Assembly (NCBI GenBank): GCA_051009575.1
Contig: JBPCWL010000011.1
Coordinates: 3,792-67,791, forward strand
Length of the DNA: 64,000 bases
Source of the DNA: Rhizobiaceae bacterium
GTDB taxonomy: Bacteria > Pseudomonadota > Alphaproteobacteria > Rhizobiales > Rhizobiaceae
Reading direction: 5' to 3'
This document shows, piece by piece, positions 22,425 through 34,327 of this stretch (position 1 is the stretch's first letter; every line of letters begins with the position of its first letter). The position numbers and the translations under genes were made by a program. The notes beneath the pieces are model-generated. The model ran no database searches. It was not told the origin of the DNA and worked only from the letters and a program-made list of their open reading frames with translations.

Positions 22425-22462
22425 GGCTGTCTTGTTGTGCAAATATGCAGAATAAGACAGCC
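22425..22462. promoter_or_regulatory. Perfect 9-bp inverted repeat in the LysR/mmsA divergent intergenic region
   Basis: GGCTGTCTT (22425-22433), 20 nt, AAGACAGCC (22454-22462). The loop contains TGCA-N4-TGCA. Confidence 0.35.
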
Positions 22463-22525
22463 TAAACGCATGTTGTATACACAAATTTAAACAGTTAGAA
22501 AAGCTGTAAATTCTCGGAGGACCTA

Positions 22526-24025
22526 ATGAGAACGATTTCACATTACATTGATGGCAAACTTGTAGAAGGCAAATCAGGGCGGTTTGCAGATGTTTTCAAT
22601 CCTGCAACTGGTGAGGTGCAGGCTCAGGTACCTTTGGCAAACAGCGCGGAGTTGAATGCCGCAATCGCAAGCGCAAAGGCAGCACAACCAGCTTGGGGGG
22701 AAGCCAGTCCCCAAAAGCGTGCTCGCGTAATGATGAAGTTTGTCGACCTTTTGAACCGGGACATGGACAAGCTGGCCGAGGCACTTTCCTCAGAGCATGG
22801 CAAAACCATTCCCGATGCCAAAGGTGACGTGCAGCGCGGACTTGAAGTAGCCGAATTCTGTATCGGGGCTCCTCACTTGCTCAAGGGCGAATTCACTGAA
22901 GGCGCTGGTCCAGGCATCGATATGCATTCTGTAAGACAACCGCTTGGTGTAGTGGCCGGCATTACTCCTTTCAATTTTCCGGCAATGATTCCGATGTGGA
23001 AATTCTGCCCGGCGATTACCTGCGGGAATGCCTTTATCCTGAAACCTTCCGAACGAGACCCGTCCGTTCCCAACATGCTTGCGCAATTGATGAGCGAGGC
23101 TGGCCTTCCCGACGGTATTCTGCAGGTGGTACATGGTGACAAGGAAGCTGTAGACGGAGTCCTCGACCATGAAGATATTATGGCCGTCGGATTTGTAGGC
23201 TCCACGCCGATTGCAGAATATGTTTACACCCGCGGTTGCGCCAACGGTAAGCGTGTCCAGTGCTTTGGCGGCGCGAAAAACCACATGATCATCATGCCGG
23301 ACGCTGATCTTGACCAGGCAGCAGATGCGCTCATCGGTGCCGGGTACGGTGCAGCAGGAGAACGCTGCATGGCAATCTCGGTAGCAGTTCCGGTTGGCGA
23401 GGAAACCGCGGACCGGCTTATGGAAAAATTGACCCCTCGCGTGGAAAACCTCAAAATCGCGCCTTACACCGCAGGTGATGATGCTGACTTTGGGCCACTT
23501 GTCACGCAAGATGCGTACAACCGGGTGAAAGGCTATGTCGACGCAGGCATCAAGGAAGGCGCAAAGCTCGTCGTCGATGGCCGCGACTTCTCTATGCAGG
23601 GTTACGAGAATGGCTACTTCATCGGCGGCTGCCTGTTCGACAACGTCACCAAGGATATGTCGATCTACAAGGAAGAAATCTTCGGGCCGGTGCTTTCGGT
23701 TGTCCGCGCACAGAATTACGAAGAGGGCCTAAACCTTGCCATGTCTCATGAATACGGCAATGGCGTAGCGATTTACACCCGCGACGGAGATACCGCCCGT
23801 GACTTTGCCAACCGGATCAACATCGGCATGGTCGGTGTGAATGTCCCCATTCCGGTACCGTTGGCTTACTACACGTTTGGTGGATGGAAACGGTCCGGCT
23901 TCGGCGATCTCAACCAACATGGCCCCGATGCATTCCGCTTCTATACACGGACAAAGACCATAACGTCACGCTGGCCTTCAGGTATCAAGGAAGGTGCGGA
24001 ATTCTCAATTCCAACGATGAACTGA
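22526..24025 (+). CDS. mmsA: Methylmalonate-semialdehyde dehydrogenase (CoA-acylating)
   Basis: 499 aa ALDH fold (FNFPAMIPMW, GERCMA catalytic Cys block). The genomic context is valine catabolism. Confidence 0.9.
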   Translation: MRTISHYIDGKLVEGKSGRFADVFNPATGEVQAQVPLANSAELNAAIASAKAAQPAWGEASPQKRARVMMKFVDLLNRDMDKLAEALSSEHGKTIPDAKGDVQRGLEVAEFCIGAPHLLKGEFTEGAGPGIDMHSVRQPLGVVAGITPFNFPAMIPMWKFCPAITCGNAFILKPSERDPSVPNMLAQLMSEAGLPDGILQVVHGDKEAVDGVLDHEDIMAVGFVGSTPIAEYVYTRGCANGKRVQCFGGAKNHMIIMPDADLDQAADALIGAGYGAAGERCMAISVAVPVGEETADRLMEKLTPRVENLKIAPYTAGDDADFGPLVTQDAYNRVKGYVDAGIKEGAKLVVDGRDFSMQGYENGYFIGGCLFDNVTKDMSIYKEEIFGPVLSVVRAQNYEEGLNLAMSHEYGNGVAIYTRDGDTARDFANRINIGMVGVNVPIPVPLAYYTFGGWKRSGFGDLNQHGPDAFRFYTRTKTITSRWPSGIKEGAEFSIPTMN

Positions 24026-24044
24026 ACCCGCTCGGGAGGAGCAT

Positions 24045-25187
24045 ATGGATTTCGCACTGACAGAAGAGCAAAACGCCATCTATGAGATGGCATTTGCTTT
24101 TGGCCAGGAAAACATTGCCCCTCATGCTATTGAATGGGATGAAAACGGGCATTTCCCGAAAGATGTTGTCAGGTCGGTCGGCGAGCTTGGCATGGCTGGG
24201 ATCTATGTTCGTGAAGACGTGGGCGGGTCTGCGCTAACCCGTCTCGATTCAACATTGATCTTCGAAGCACTTGCCTATTCCTGCCCGTCTATCGGTTCCT
24301 TCATATCCATTCACAACATGTGTGCCTGGATGATTGATTCATTCGGGACAGAAGAACAGCGGCAGAAATGGCTCCCTTCCCTGACCTCAATGGAGCGCAT
24401 TTGCTCCTATTGTCTTACAGAACCCGGTTCCGGTTCTGACGCAGCTGCATTGCGAACCAAGGCCGAAAAGGATGACAATGGTTGGAAGCTGAATGGCACC
24501 AAGGCATTTATTTCAGGCGGTGAAACCTCTGATCTGTACATCACAATGGTACGCACCGGAGATGACGGACCAAAAGGAGTATCAGCTGTCCTTGTAGAAA
24601 ACCCGACTGAAGGTCTCTCATTTGGTGCAAATGAACGCAAGATGGGGTGGCGGGCACAACCGACCGCGCAGGTACAGTTTGATGATTGCAAGATTCCGGC
24701 GGACCATCTTCTGGGCGAGGAAGGCAAAGGTTTCAGTTATGCAATGGCAGGCCTTGATGGAGGTCGCCTCAATATTGCTGCCAGTGCTTTGGGTGCTGCA
24801 CAGTTTGCTCTCGACAGAACGCTTGCATACGTAAAAGAACGTAAAGCATTCGGAAAGCCGATCGGTGAATTCCAGGCATTGCAATTCCGCCTTGCGGACA
24901 TGGAAACAGAATTGCAGGCAGCCCGCATTTTTCTTCGCCAAGCAGCGTGGAAACTGGATCACAAAACTCCCGACGCAACCAAACATTGTGCCATGGCCAA
25001 ACGACTGGTGACTGATCTTTCGTTCCGCGTCGCCAATGATGCACTGCAACTCCATGGCGGCTATGGGTACCTCGCCGACTATGGCATTGAGAAAGTTGTA
25101 CGGGACCTGCGCGTTCACCAGATCCTGGAAGGCACCAATGAAATCATGAGGATGATCATCTCACGGCAAATGCTGGCGGAGGTTTGA
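24045..25187 (+). CDS. Acyl-CoA dehydrogenase (isobutyryl-CoA dehydrogenase-like)
   Basis: 380 aa ACAD motifs (YCLTEPGSGSDAAAL, QLHGGYGYLADYGIEKVVRDLRVHQILEGTNEIMR). The substrate assignment comes from context only. Confidence 0.85.
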   Translation: MDFALTEEQNAIYEMAFAFGQENIAPHAIEWDENGHFPKDVVRSVGELGMAGIYVREDVGGSALTRLDSTLIFEALAYSCPSIGSFISIHNMCAWMIDSFGTEEQRQKWLPSLTSMERICSYCLTEPGSGSDAAALRTKAEKDDNGWKLNGTKAFISGGETSDLYITMVRTGDDGPKGVSAVLVENPTEGLSFGANERKMGWRAQPTAQVQFDDCKIPADHLLGEEGKGFSYAMAGLDGGRLNIAASALGAAQFALDRTLAYVKERKAFGKPIGEFQALQFRLADMETELQAARIFLRQAAWKLDHKTPDATKHCAMAKRLVTDLSFRVANDALQLHGGYGYLADYGIEKVVRDLRVHQILEGTNEIMRMIISRQMLAEV

Positions 25188-26228
25188 GTGACAATCGCTG
25201 ATGATATTCATGTGCGGAAAGTTGGACCAACAGGACGTATCACCCTGACACGTCCGGAGGCGCTTAACGCCATGACTTATGAAATGTGCATGGCCATCGG
25301 TTCTGCGTTGGAAGAATGGATCAGCGACAAGGATGTCAGGATAGTGATGATCGACGCCGAAGGTAGTCGGTCTTTTTGTTCCGGCGGTGATATTGCCGAA
25401 CTTTACGACACCGGCAAGGCTGGTGACTTCGAATACGGCAGAAAATTCTGGGCAGACGAATATCGAATTGATGCGATGATCAAAAACTATCCCAAACCCT
25501 ATGTGGCAATCATGGATGGCATAGTCATGGGAGGCGGGGTCGGAATATCCGCCCATGGAAGTCATCGCATAGTCACTGAAAATACCCTGTTTGCAATGCC
25601 CGAGTGCGGGATTGGTCTTGCACCAGACGTTGGCGGAAATTGGATTTTGTCACGCGCGCCCGGACACGTTGGTGAATACCTTGGTTCCACAGGTGCAAGA
25701 TTAAAAGCTGCGGATTGCATTTATGCCGGCATCGGCGATTGTTTTGTTCCCGAAGCAAAAATTTCTGACCTCGTTGAAGCACTTGAGGATACGGCTGATC
25801 TTTCATTTATTGACACGTTTGTTGATGACCTGGAACCAGGCAATCTTTCTTTGGAGCAAGGAAAAATCGACAAATATTTCTCCGGGGAAACTGCTGCCGA
25901 TATTGCGAAATCGTTGGAAGCATCCAAAGAAGAATGGGAAGCCGCAACAGCAAAGCTTATGCGCCGGGGCTGCCCGCTCTCAGTCGCCTGCGCAGTCGAA
26001 ATAGTACGATTGGCGCGCCACGAAAGTACAATTGAGGAAATCCTTAAGCAGGAGTACAGATTTACGTACCGCTCCATGTCGCATGGCGACTTTATTGAAG
26101 GTATCCGGGCGCAGATTATCGACAAGGATAGAAATCCAAAGTGGAACCCGTCAACATTGGAAAAATTGGACAAACATCAAATTTCAGCCATGCTGGAACC
26201 GCTGGGGGAGAATGAATTGGCCTTTTAG
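25188..26228 (+). CDS. 3-hydroxyisobutyryl-CoA hydrolase (crotonase superfamily)
   Basis: 346 aa, the long crotonase form (FCSGGDI, MDGIVMGGGVGIS). A GTG start immediately follows the upstream TGA. Confidence 0.8.
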   Translation: MTIADDIHVRKVGPTGRITLTRPEALNAMTYEMCMAIGSALEEWISDKDVRIVMIDAEGSRSFCSGGDIAELYDTGKAGDFEYGRKFWADEYRIDAMIKNYPKPYVAIMDGIVMGGGVGISAHGSHRIVTENTLFAMPECGIGLAPDVGGNWILSRAPGHVGEYLGSTGARLKAADCIYAGIGDCFVPEAKISDLVEALEDTADLSFIDTFVDDLEPGNLSLEQGKIDKYFSGETAADIAKSLEASKEEWEAATAKLMRRGCPLSVACAVEIVRLARHESTIEEILKQEYRFTYRSMSHGDFIEGIRAQIIDKDRNPKWNPSTLEKLDKHQISAMLEPLGENELAF

Positions 26229-26251
26229 CAGGCCATATACAGGAGGAAAAA

Positions 26252-27139
26252 ATGGCGTCCGTTGGATTTATCGGCTTGGGCAACATGGGCCTTCCCATGG
26301 CAATGAACCTGGTCAAGGCCGGGCACGAGGTAGCCGGGTATGATGCGGTTCCGGAAGCATTGGAAAAAGCTAAGGAGGCAGGGATCATCACCTGTGCCCA
26401 TGTGACAGATGCCGTTGAAGGCGCTGAAGCGGTCATAACGATGTTGCCCAATGGCGAAATCATGCTGTCCGTGCTTAACGAAATCATCCCGGCCTGTTCT
26501 GACGGTGGCCTGTTGATCGATTGCTCTACTGTCGATGTTGAAAGTGCACGAACAGCCCACAACATGGCAACTGAAGCAGGACTTGGCTCAATCGACTGTC
26601 CGGTGTCAGGCGGAATTAGCGGTGCTGCCGCTGGCACGCTTACCTTCATGATCGGCGGATCGCAAACAGATTGCAAAAGTGCCGCCCCATTTTTGGACAT
26701 AATGGGCGGCAGACAGGTAAGATGCGGAGAAGGGGGTGCCGGACAGGCCGCAAAAATATGCAACAACATGTTGTTGGCAACTACAATGATCGGTGTCGGA
26801 GAAGCTTTTTCCCTAGGCAAAAAGCTTGGGCTGGACGCGCAGGCATTATTTGACGTGATGTCCACTTCTTCGGGTTCATGCTGGTCAATCAATACCTATT
26901 GCCCAGTACCGGGCGTCGGACCACAATCTCCTGCTGACAACGAATTTAAACCCGGCTTTGCCTCATCATTGATGGTAAAAGACACAACGCTGGCTCAGGA
27001 AGCCGCAGAAAGTGTTAGTCAGGCAACCCCGCTCGGTGCCCATGCACTTGAATTGTACCGGCAGTTCTCTGAGGACGGTGGCGCAGACATGGATTTTTCA
27101 GCAATCATCAACTGGCTTGACGAAAAACAAAGGGGCTAA
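26252..27139 (+). CDS. mmsB: 3-hydroxyisobutyrate dehydrogenase
   Basis: VGFIGLGNMGLPMAMNL NAD-binding start, 295 aa, GAGQAAKICNNM block. Confidence 0.9.
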   Translation: MASVGFIGLGNMGLPMAMNLVKAGHEVAGYDAVPEALEKAKEAGIITCAHVTDAVEGAEAVITMLPNGEIMLSVLNEIIPACSDGGLLIDCSTVDVESARTAHNMATEAGLGSIDCPVSGGISGAAAGTLTFMIGGSQTDCKSAAPFLDIMGGRQVRCGEGGAGQAAKICNNMLLATTMIGVGEAFSLGKKLGLDAQALFDVMSTSSGSCWSINTYCPVPGVGPQSPADNEFKPGFASSLMVKDTTLAQEAAESVSQATPLGAHALELYRQFSEDGGADMDFSAIINWLDEKQRG

Positions 27140-27142
27140 TTC

Positions 27143-27913
27143 ATGAGTGAGGTAGTTTTATCTGAAAAACGTGATGCTGTCGGGTTGATTACCATCAACC
27201 GGCCGGAAGCTCTCAATGCAGTAAATGCAGACGTCATGAGCGGTGTTATTTCGATTACAAAAGCGTTCGATGATGACCCTGAAATCGGGTGTATTGTTAT
27301 CACGGGGGCAGGCAAGGCGTTTATTGCGGGAGCCGACATCAAGGAGATGCATCACAAATCCTATATGGACATGTATGTTGCGGATAAACAGTCCGAGTGG
27401 GAAGGTTTCGCAAATACGCGCACTCCGATAATAGCAGCAGTGAACGGCTTCGCTCTTGGTGGAGGCTGCGAACTTTCGATGATGTGCGATATTATATTCG
27501 CCTCGGAACACGCAAAATTCGGCCAACCCGAAATCAAGCTTGGCGTAACGCCTGGCTGGGGTGGTTCCCAACGCCTCACTAAGGCGGTGGGCAAAGCCAA
27601 GGCAATGGACCTGATCCTGACCGGCCGCATGATGGATGCGGAGGAGGCCGAACGCTCCGGACTGATAGCACGCATTTTCCCAGCGGATGACCTTGTTGAG
27701 GAAAGTTTGAAGATTGCAGCACAAATTGCTGAATTCTCAACGCCTTCCGTCATGATCGCAAAAGAACAGGTTAACCGGGCGTTCGAAACCACGCTTGCTG
27801 AAGGTCTTCGTTTTGAACGTCGGACGTTTTACTCACTTTTTGCAACAGAAGATCAAAAAGAAGGGATGGCAGCCTTTGCCGAAAAGCGAAAACCAGATTT
27901 CAAGAACAAGTAG
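27143..27913 (+). CDS. Enoyl-CoA hydratase (short-chain crotonase; methacrylyl-CoA hydratase by context)
   Basis: 256 aa ([27 protein letters not shown]). Confidence 0.85.
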   Translation: MSEVVLSEKRDAVGLITINRPEALNAVNADVMSGVISITKAFDDDPEIGCIVITGAGKAFIAGADIKEMHHKSYMDMYVADKQSEWEGFANTRTPIIAAVNGFALGGGCELSMMCDIIFASEHAKFGQPEIKLGVTPGWGGSQRLTKAVGKAKAMDLILTGRMMDAEEAERSGLIARIFPADDLVEESLKIAAQIAEFSTPSVMIAKEQVNRAFETTLAEGLRFERRTFYSLFATEDQKEGMAAFAEKRKPDFKNK

Positions 27914-27930
27914 TCCTTGGGGGATAAAAC

Positions 27931-29463
27931 ATGGATGATGTACTCAGTGAACTCGAAGCCCGCCGTGAACAGGCAAGGCTCGGCGGCGGAGAAAAACGAA
28001 TTGAAGCCCAACATGCCAAGGGCAAACTGACGGCTCGCGAACGCGTTGACCTTCTCCTTGATGAGGGAAGCTTCGAAGAATACGACATGTTTGTTGCCCA
28101 CCGTTGTACTGAATTCGGTATGGAAAAAACCAAAATGCCGGGAGATGGTGTTATCACAGGATGGGGAACCGTCAACGGCCGGATGGTTTACGTCTATTCC
28201 CAGGACTTCACGGTGTTTGGTGGTTCACTTTCGGAAACCCATGCCAAGAAAATCTGCAAGATCATGGGAATGGCGATGCGCAATGGCGCGCCTGTAATCG
28301 GGATCAACGATTCCGGAGGCGCCCGTATCCAGGAAGGCGTGGCTTCCCTGGGCGGATATGCGGACGTTTTTCAGATGAACACATTGGCTTCCGGCGTAGT
28401 CCCGCAAATTTCAATGATCATGGGACCTTGCGCAGGAGGCGCGGTTTATTCACCTGCAATGACCGATTTTATCTTCATGGTAAAAGACACATCATACATG
28501 TACGTGACCGGACCTGATGTCGTGAAAACCGTTACCAACGAAATCGTCACTCACGAGGAACTTGGCGGCGCTTCCACCCACACGAAGAAAAGCTCCGTTG
28601 CGGATGATGCATTTGAAAACGACGTGGAAGCTCTGGCCGCACTTCGCCGTTTCATCGATTTCCTGCCTTTGAGCAATCGTCAAAAACCGCCGACTCGACC
28701 GTTCTTCGACAAGATTGACAAACCAGACAGTTCACTTGACACGTTGATCCCGGACAACCCCAACCAACCTTATGATATCAAGGAGCTGATTTACAAAATC
28801 TCGGATGAAAGCGACTTTTTCGAGCTACAGCGCGACTATGCTGCGAATATCGTAACCGGGTTCATCAGGATGGAAGGTTCCACGATCGGAGTAGTTGCAA
28901 ACCAGCCACTGGTTCTGGCGGGCGTTCTGGACATCAACGCCTCACGCAAGGCAGCAAGGTTTGTCCGGTTCTGCGATTGTTTCAACATCCCAATTCTGAC
29001 ACTGGTTGACGTGCCGGGTTTCCTGCCTGGCACAGCTCAGGAATATGGCGGCGTGATCAAACATGGGGCCAAACTGCTGTTTGCATATGGTGAGGCGACA
29101 GTACCGAAAGTGACGTTGATTACTCGCAAGGCTTACGGTGGCGCATATGACGTTATGGCCTCGAAACACCTGCGCGGTGATGTGAATTATGCATGGCCAT
29201 CTGCGGAAATCGCCGTGATGGGTGCGAAGGGGGCGACTGAAATTCTATATCGTTCGGAACTCGATAATCCAGACAAGATTGCACAGCGTACAAAGAACTA
29301 TGAAGACCGGTTTGCAAATCCATTTGTAGCAGCGGAAATGGGTTTCATCGATGACGTGATTTACCCCCATAATACCCGCAAACGCGTAGCACGTGCCTTT
29401 GCGAGCCTGCGCAGCAAGGATTTGCAGAATCCATGGAAAAAGCACGACAACATTCCGTTGTAA
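27931..29463 (+). CDS. pccB: Propionyl-CoA carboxylase beta (carboxyltransferase) subunit
   Basis: 510 aa ([43 protein letters not shown]). Confidence 0.9.
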   Translation: MDDVLSELEARREQARLGGGEKRIEAQHAKGKLTARERVDLLLDEGSFEEYDMFVAHRCTEFGMEKTKMPGDGVITGWGTVNGRMVYVYSQDFTVFGGSLSETHAKKICKIMGMAMRNGAPVIGINDSGGARIQEGVASLGGYADVFQMNTLASGVVPQISMIMGPCAGGAVYSPAMTDFIFMVKDTSYMYVTGPDVVKTVTNEIVTHEELGGASTHTKKSSVADDAFENDVEALAALRRFIDFLPLSNRQKPPTRPFFDKIDKPDSSLDTLIPDNPNQPYDIKELIYKISDESDFFELQRDYAANIVTGFIRMEGSTIGVVANQPLVLAGVLDINASRKAARFVRFCDCFNIPILTLVDVPGFLPGTAQEYGGVIKHGAKLLFAYGEATVPKVTLITRKAYGGAYDVMASKHLRGDVNYAWPSAEIAVMGAKGATEILYRSELDNPDKIAQRTKNYEDRFANPFVAAEMGFIDDVIYPHNTRKRVARAFASLRSKDLQNPWKKHDNIPL

Positions 29464-29473
29464 GGAAACAATA

Positions 29474-30085
29474 TTGAACTCCATTTCAAGAACACTGGTA
29501 TTGGCATTTGTCGCAGCCTGGTTTGGCATACTCCCGACCCAGGCCCAGTTTATTACGCATGAAGTGCCGTTGTGGGAGGGAGTTGAAAAAACTGACGACG
29601 ATATCGCGAATGACACGGAACTCGTACGCAAGGCGATTGAGCGCGCCAATGGCGACCGTTTTACAGCTGTTCGCGCATTGGTTGATATCGGCTGGCAACG
29701 TATTGGTGCCGGTGACCCGAACCACGCCATTCGTGCCTTCAATCAGGCATCCCTGATCGAGCCGGAATTTCCGGACATATTTTGGGGACTGGCTGTTGCG
29801 ACCCACATCCGCGGAGATGAACTGATGGTTGTGGAACGCTGGATTTCCCGCACTGAACAGGAAATCGGAAAAGATGCCCGCCTGGTTACAGATCACGGTA
29901 GGATTCTAGGTGAGCGAAAAATGCCGGAAAAAGCCAAGACTCTGTTTATGAAAGCCCTGGCAATCAATCCGGATTACATACCCGCTCATGCTGGCATGAT
30001 CCGTGTGGCCCAAGATCTGAACGATAGACTGCTCGAAGAAAAACACCAGAAGAGACATGATGAACTGACCGGAAAGACGCAATAG
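29474..30085 (+). CDS. Exported TPR-like repeat protein inserted between pccB and pccA
   Basis: A TTG at 29474 is preceded by AGGA. A signal peptide (LNSISRTLVLAFVAAWFGILPTQAQ) is followed by TPR-like helices (AIRAFNQASLIEPEFPDIFWGLAVA, KALAINPDYIPAHAGM). The tracked start at 29393 overlaps pccB. Confidence 0.6.
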   Translation: MNSISRTLVLAFVAAWFGILPTQAQFITHEVPLWEGVEKTDDDIANDTELVRKAIERANGDRFTAVRALVDIGWQRIGAGDPNHAIRAFNQASLIEPEFPDIFWGLAVATHIRGDELMVVERWISRTEQEIGKDARLVTDHGRILGERKMPEKAKTLFMKALAINPDYIPAHAGMIRVAQDLNDRLLEEKHQKRHDELTGKTQ

Positions 30086-30086
30086 G

Positions 30087-32090
30087 ATGTTCAAAAAAAT
30101 ACTGATAGCAAACCGTGGTGAAATCGCCTGCCGTGTCATCAAGACTGCCAAGAAGATGGGCATCGCAACGGTCGCAGTTTACTCGGATGCAGACCGCAAT
30201 GCACTGCATGTAAAAATGGCTGATGAGGCAATCCATATTGGCCCGCCACCAGCTGCGGAATCCTACATAGTGATTGACAAAATCATCGCTGCGATCAGGG
30301 AAAGCGGTGCAGAAGCAGTACACCCGGGCTATGGTTTTCTTTCGGAAAATCCAAAATTCGCTGTAGCTCTCGAAAAAACAAAAATTTCTTTCATCGGTCC
30401 TCCGGTAGGAGCAATCGAAGCAATGGGTGACAAGATCACCTCAAAAAAACTAGCTGCCGAGGCCGGTGTATCTACAGTGCCGGGGCACATGGGATTAATT
30501 GAAGACGCCGAAGAGGCCATCAAGATCTCAAATGAAATCGGCTATCCCGTAATGATCAAGGCCTCTGCTGGCGGAGGCGGGAAAGGCATGAGAATAGCCT
30601 GGAATGACGACGATGCACGCGAAGGTTTCCAGTCTTCAAAAAATGAAGCGAAATCCTCTTTTGGGGATGACCGCATCTTTATAGAAAAATTTGTCACACA
30701 GCCGCGGCATATCGAAATCCAGGTCCTTGGCGACAAACATGGAAATTGCATATATCTCGGCGAGCGCGAATGCTCAATCCAACGCCGCAATCAGAAAGTA
30801 ATTGAAGAAGCGCCGTCACCTTTCCTGGATACCAAAACCCGCAAGGGCATGGGCGAACAGGCAGTGGCACTGGCAAAGGCAGTCGATTATTCATCAGCTG
30901 GCACAGTTGAATTCATTGTTGATAGCGAGAAAAATTTCTATTTCCTGGAAATGAATACCCGACTTCAGGTCGAACATCCGGTGACCGAACTGATTACCGG
31001 AGTTGATCTTGTGGAACAGATGATCCGTGTTGCATACGGTGAAAAAATTTCGATCGCGCAAAAAGACGTCAAACTGGACGGATGGGCTATTGAATCGCGG
31101 CTTTATGCCGAGGACCCTTATCGAAACTTTTTGCCTTCTATCGGGCGGTTGTCGCGCTATCGTCCACCGCGCGAAGGTGAGGCGAAAAACGGCAATATAA
31201 TTCGAAACGACACCGGCGTTTTTGAGGGTGGTGAAATTTCAATGTTCTACGACCCGATGATCGCCAAGCTTTGCACCTGGGGTAAAGACCGGACAAGTGC
31301 GATAGATTCAATGCGCAGTGCCCTGGACCAGTTCGAAATCGAAGGCATCGGTCACAATCTGCCCTTCCTTTCCGCAGTGATGGATCATCCCAAATTCCGT
31401 TCCGGCGATATCACCACTGCATTTATTGCAGAAGAATATCCGGATGGATTTAGCGGTGTGGAAATAGATGATGAAGCGCGATCGAAGATTGCCGCTGCAG
31501 TCGCTGTTCTCAACATGATCTCGGAACTTCGCCGTACCCGGCTTACAGGGGCTTTGGCAAATCACAAACGCAAGGTCAGCAAGGTCTGGGTTGCCGTGGT
31601 CGATGGAGTTCAAATACCCCTGGGTCTTCGCAAACTCCGCAATGAAGGCGCCACGGTAAAGTTCGGGCGTGAAAAAGTGGAAGTCGAGACAGAATGGCGT
31701 CCCGGAAAATCCCTGGCGCATGTTGAAGTAGGTGACGATGTCCTCGATCTAAAAGTCAATCCGACGCATACCGGTTTTCGTGTCCGCTGGCGTGGGGCTG
31801 ATTTGGATGTTAAAATGATTAGCAAAAAACAGGCTCAATATTTGACCTTGATGCCGGAGAAAATTGCGCCGGACACATCAAATTTTCTTCTTTGTCCAAT
31901 GCCCGGCCTTGTCGTTTCAATTGCTGTAAACGAAGGCGACGAAGTACAGGAAGGCCAGGCACTTGCGACAGTAGAAGCGATGAAAATGGAGAACATCCTG
32001 AGAGCTGAGAAAAAAGGAACCATAATGCTGATCCATGCCAATGAGGGTGACAGCCTTGCATTGGATGATGTGATTATGGAGTTTGAGTGA
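30087..32090 (+). CDS. pccA: Propionyl-CoA carboxylase alpha (biotin carboxylase + BCCP) subunit
   Basis: [26 protein letters not shown], an ATP-grasp domain, and the C-terminal biotinyl motif EAMKMEN. Confidence 0.9.
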   Translation: MFKKILIANRGEIACRVIKTAKKMGIATVAVYSDADRNALHVKMADEAIHIGPPPAAESYIVIDKIIAAIRESGAEAVHPGYGFLSENPKFAVALEKTKISFIGPPVGAIEAMGDKITSKKLAAEAGVSTVPGHMGLIEDAEEAIKISNEIGYPVMIKASAGGGGKGMRIAWNDDDAREGFQSSKNEAKSSFGDDRIFIEKFVTQPRHIEIQVLGDKHGNCIYLGERECSIQRRNQKVIEEAPSPFLDTKTRKGMGEQAVALAKAVDYSSAGTVEFIVDSEKNFYFLEMNTRLQVEHPVTELITGVDLVEQMIRVAYGEKISIAQKDVKLDGWAIESRLYAEDPYRNFLPSIGRLSRYRPPREGEAKNGNIIRNDTGVFEGGEISMFYDPMIAKLCTWGKDRTSAIDSMRSALDQFEIEGIGHNLPFLSAVMDHPKFRSGDITTAFIAEEYPDGFSGVEIDDEARSKIAAAVAVLNMISELRRTRLTGALANHKRKVSKVWVAVVDGVQIPLGLRKLRNEGATVKFGREKVEVETEWRPGKSLAHVEVGDDVLDLKVNPTHTGFRVRWRGADLDVKMISKKQAQYLTLMPEKIAPDTSNFLLCPMPGLVVSIAVNEGDEVQEGQALATVEAMKMENILRAEKKGTIMLIHANEGDSLALDDVIMEFE

Positions 32091-34251
32091 CCCGATGACT
32101 AAACCGACCAAACGCGATTGGCTTGATCTTGCGTCGAAAGAACTGAAAGGCGGCAACCCGGATGACCTGATCTGGCAAACGCCGGAAGGAATTCCTGTCC
32201 AACCGTTATATTCCCGTGAGGATATTGAAAGCATCGAGCATATCGATTCACTTCCGGGTTTTGAACCGTTCCTCCGTGGGCCGAAAGCTACAATGTATGC
32301 TGGCCGTCCATGGACTATCCGGCAATATGCCGGATTTTCGACTGCTGAAGAATCCAACGCATTTTATCGTAAAAATCTGGAAGGCGGCCAAAAGGGGTTG
32401 TCGGTTGCCTTCGATCTTGCCACCCACCGTGGCTATGATTCCGATCATCCGCGAGTTGTAGGCGATGTCGGCAAGGCTGGTGTAGCGATCGATTCCGTCG
32501 AAGATATGAAGATCCTTTTCGACGGCATTCCGCTTGATCAAATGTCAGTATCCATGACAATGAATGGCGCCGTAATCCCTGTACTTGCTTCTTTTATCGT
32601 TGCTGGTGAAGAGCAAGGTGTTGACCGGTCCAAACTGTCCGGCACGATCCAGAATGACATTCTGAAAGAATTCATGGTTCGAAACACTTATATCTATCCG
32701 CCCGAACCAAGCATGCGAATTGTAGCCGATATAATTGAATATACAGCCAATGAAATGCCGAAATTCAACTCGATATCAATTTCCGGCTATCATATGCAGG
32801 AGGCGGGATCTAATCTCGTGCAGGAGCTCGCTTACACCTTGGCGGATGGTCGCGAATATGTCCGCGCCGCCCTTGCAAAAGGGATGGATGTTGATGCCTT
32901 TGCCGGGCGTCTTTCCTTCTTCTTTTGTATCGGCATGAACTTCTTCATGGAAGCCGCAAAACTTCGGGCTGCACGGCTGTTGTGGTCACGCATCATGAGT
33001 GAGTTCAATCCCAAAAACCCCAAAAGCCTGACGCTGCGCACCCATTGCCAAACATCCGGCGTGTCGTTACAGGAGCAGGACCCTTACAACAACGTAGTCC
33101 GCACTGCTTTTGAGGCAATGTCTGCCGTGTTGGGTGGAACCCAGTCGCTCCACACAAATTCCTTTGATGAGGCAATAGCACTGCCGACAGAAACCTCAGC
33201 ACGGATTGCCCGCAATACCCAATTGATCCTGCAACATGAAACCGGCGTTACCAACGTAATCGACCCGCTTGCCGGATCCTATTATGTCGAAAGTCTGACG
33301 CAGCAACTTGCCGATGAAGCTTGGAAGCTGATTGAGGAGGTGGAAGCAGCAGGCGGCATGACGAAGGCGGTTGAAGCTGGCCTGCCCAAGGCACGAATCG
33401 AGGAGGCCTCTGCGGCCAAACAGGCAAGAATTGACCGCGGAGAGGAAGTGATCGTTGGTGTCAACAAGTACAGGTTGAAGCATCAAGATGACATCGACAT
33501 TCTTCAGATTGATAATACAGCCGTGCGCAAGGCTCAGGTTGCAAGGTTGAATCGCATGCGTAAGACGCGCGATCAGGAAGCCTGTAACAGGGCTTTGGAA
33601 AAGCTCACCGAGGTCGCCGAAACCGGAAAAGGGAACATCCTTGAAGCCGCTGTAGAAGCAGCCCGGACACGGGCATCTGTCGGTGAAATCTCCGATGCCA
33701 TGGAAAAGGCCTGGGGGCGCCATGTAGCGCAAACCCATGTAATATCCGATGTCTACGAAGCCGGATTTGAGGGCGACGAAACCTACACCCGACTAAAAAG
33801 CGATATTGCTGATATGAAGTCCACCCTAGGAAGGAAACCACGCATTATGGTGGTCAAAATGGGCCAGGATGGTCATGATCGCGGAGCAAAGGTTATCGCT
33901 ACAGCATTTGATGACATGGGTTTTGACGTTGTGGTGGGTCCTTTGTTCCAGACCCCTGAAGAAGCGGCGGACATGGCAATCACGGAAAACATTGATGTTG
34001 TCGGAATTTCATCCCACGCTGCCGGACACCGGACACTTGCACCGATGCTGCTGGAGGAACTGGCAAAACGCAATGCAGCTGACAAGATAGTCATTTGCGG
34101 TGGCGTAATTCCTGCACAGGATTACGAATTCCTGAAAGAGGCAGGAGTAACCGAGATTTACGGGCCGGGCACAAACATCCTTGAGTCTGCATCAAGCTTG
34201 CTCGGACATATCAAGGAAAAGTTCCGGGGCCGCAATTTCGCTGCAGAATAG
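32083..34251 (+). CDS. mcm: Methylmalonyl-CoA mutase, single-chain (large subunit + B12-binding domain)
   Basis: 722 aa ([18 protein letters not shown], a C-terminal B12 domain with [11 protein letters not shown]). The ATG at 32095 is a more likely start than the TTG at 32083. Confidence 0.9.
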   Translation: MSDPMTKPTKRDWLDLASKELKGGNPDDLIWQTPEGIPVQPLYSREDIESIEHIDSLPGFEPFLRGPKATMYAGRPWTIRQYAGFSTAEESNAFYRKNLEGGQKGLSVAFDLATHRGYDSDHPRVVGDVGKAGVAIDSVEDMKILFDGIPLDQMSVSMTMNGAVIPVLASFIVAGEEQGVDRSKLSGTIQNDILKEFMVRNTYIYPPEPSMRIVADIIEYTANEMPKFNSISISGYHMQEAGSNLVQELAYTLADGREYVRAALAKGMDVDAFAGRLSFFFCIGMNFFMEAAKLRAARLLWSRIMSEFNPKNPKSLTLRTHCQTSGVSLQEQDPYNNVVRTAFEAMSAVLGGTQSLHTNSFDEAIALPTETSARIARNTQLILQHETGVTNVIDPLAGSYYVESLTQQLADEAWKLIEEVEAAGGMTKAVEAGLPKARIEEASAAKQARIDRGEEVIVGVNKYRLKHQDDIDILQIDNTAVRKAQVARLNRMRKTRDQEACNRALEKLTEVAETGKGNILEAAVEAARTRASVGEISDAMEKAWGRHVAQTHVISDVYEAGFEGDETYTRLKSDIADMKSTLGRKPRIMVVKMGQDGHDRGAKVIATAFDDMGFDVVVGPLFQTPEEAADMAITENIDVVGISSHAAGHRTLAPMLLEELAKRNAADKIVICGGVIPAQDYEFLKEAGVTEIYGPGTNILESASSLLGHIKEKFRGRNFAAE

Positions 34252-34327
34252 ACACTGATCCTACTCATTGGATCGTTTCATAATACCAAGCTTGAAGCCT
34301 TGCTTCCGGTAAACAGGGAATTTGGGA

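Noticed and set aside
22790-23509. 239-aa minus-strand ORF
   Set aside because: It is antisense to mmsA, with no motifs.
26116-26892. 258-aa minus-strand ORF
   Set aside because: It is antisense to mmsB and the end of the HIB-CoA hydrolase gene, with a Pro/Ser/Ala-rich translation and no motifs.
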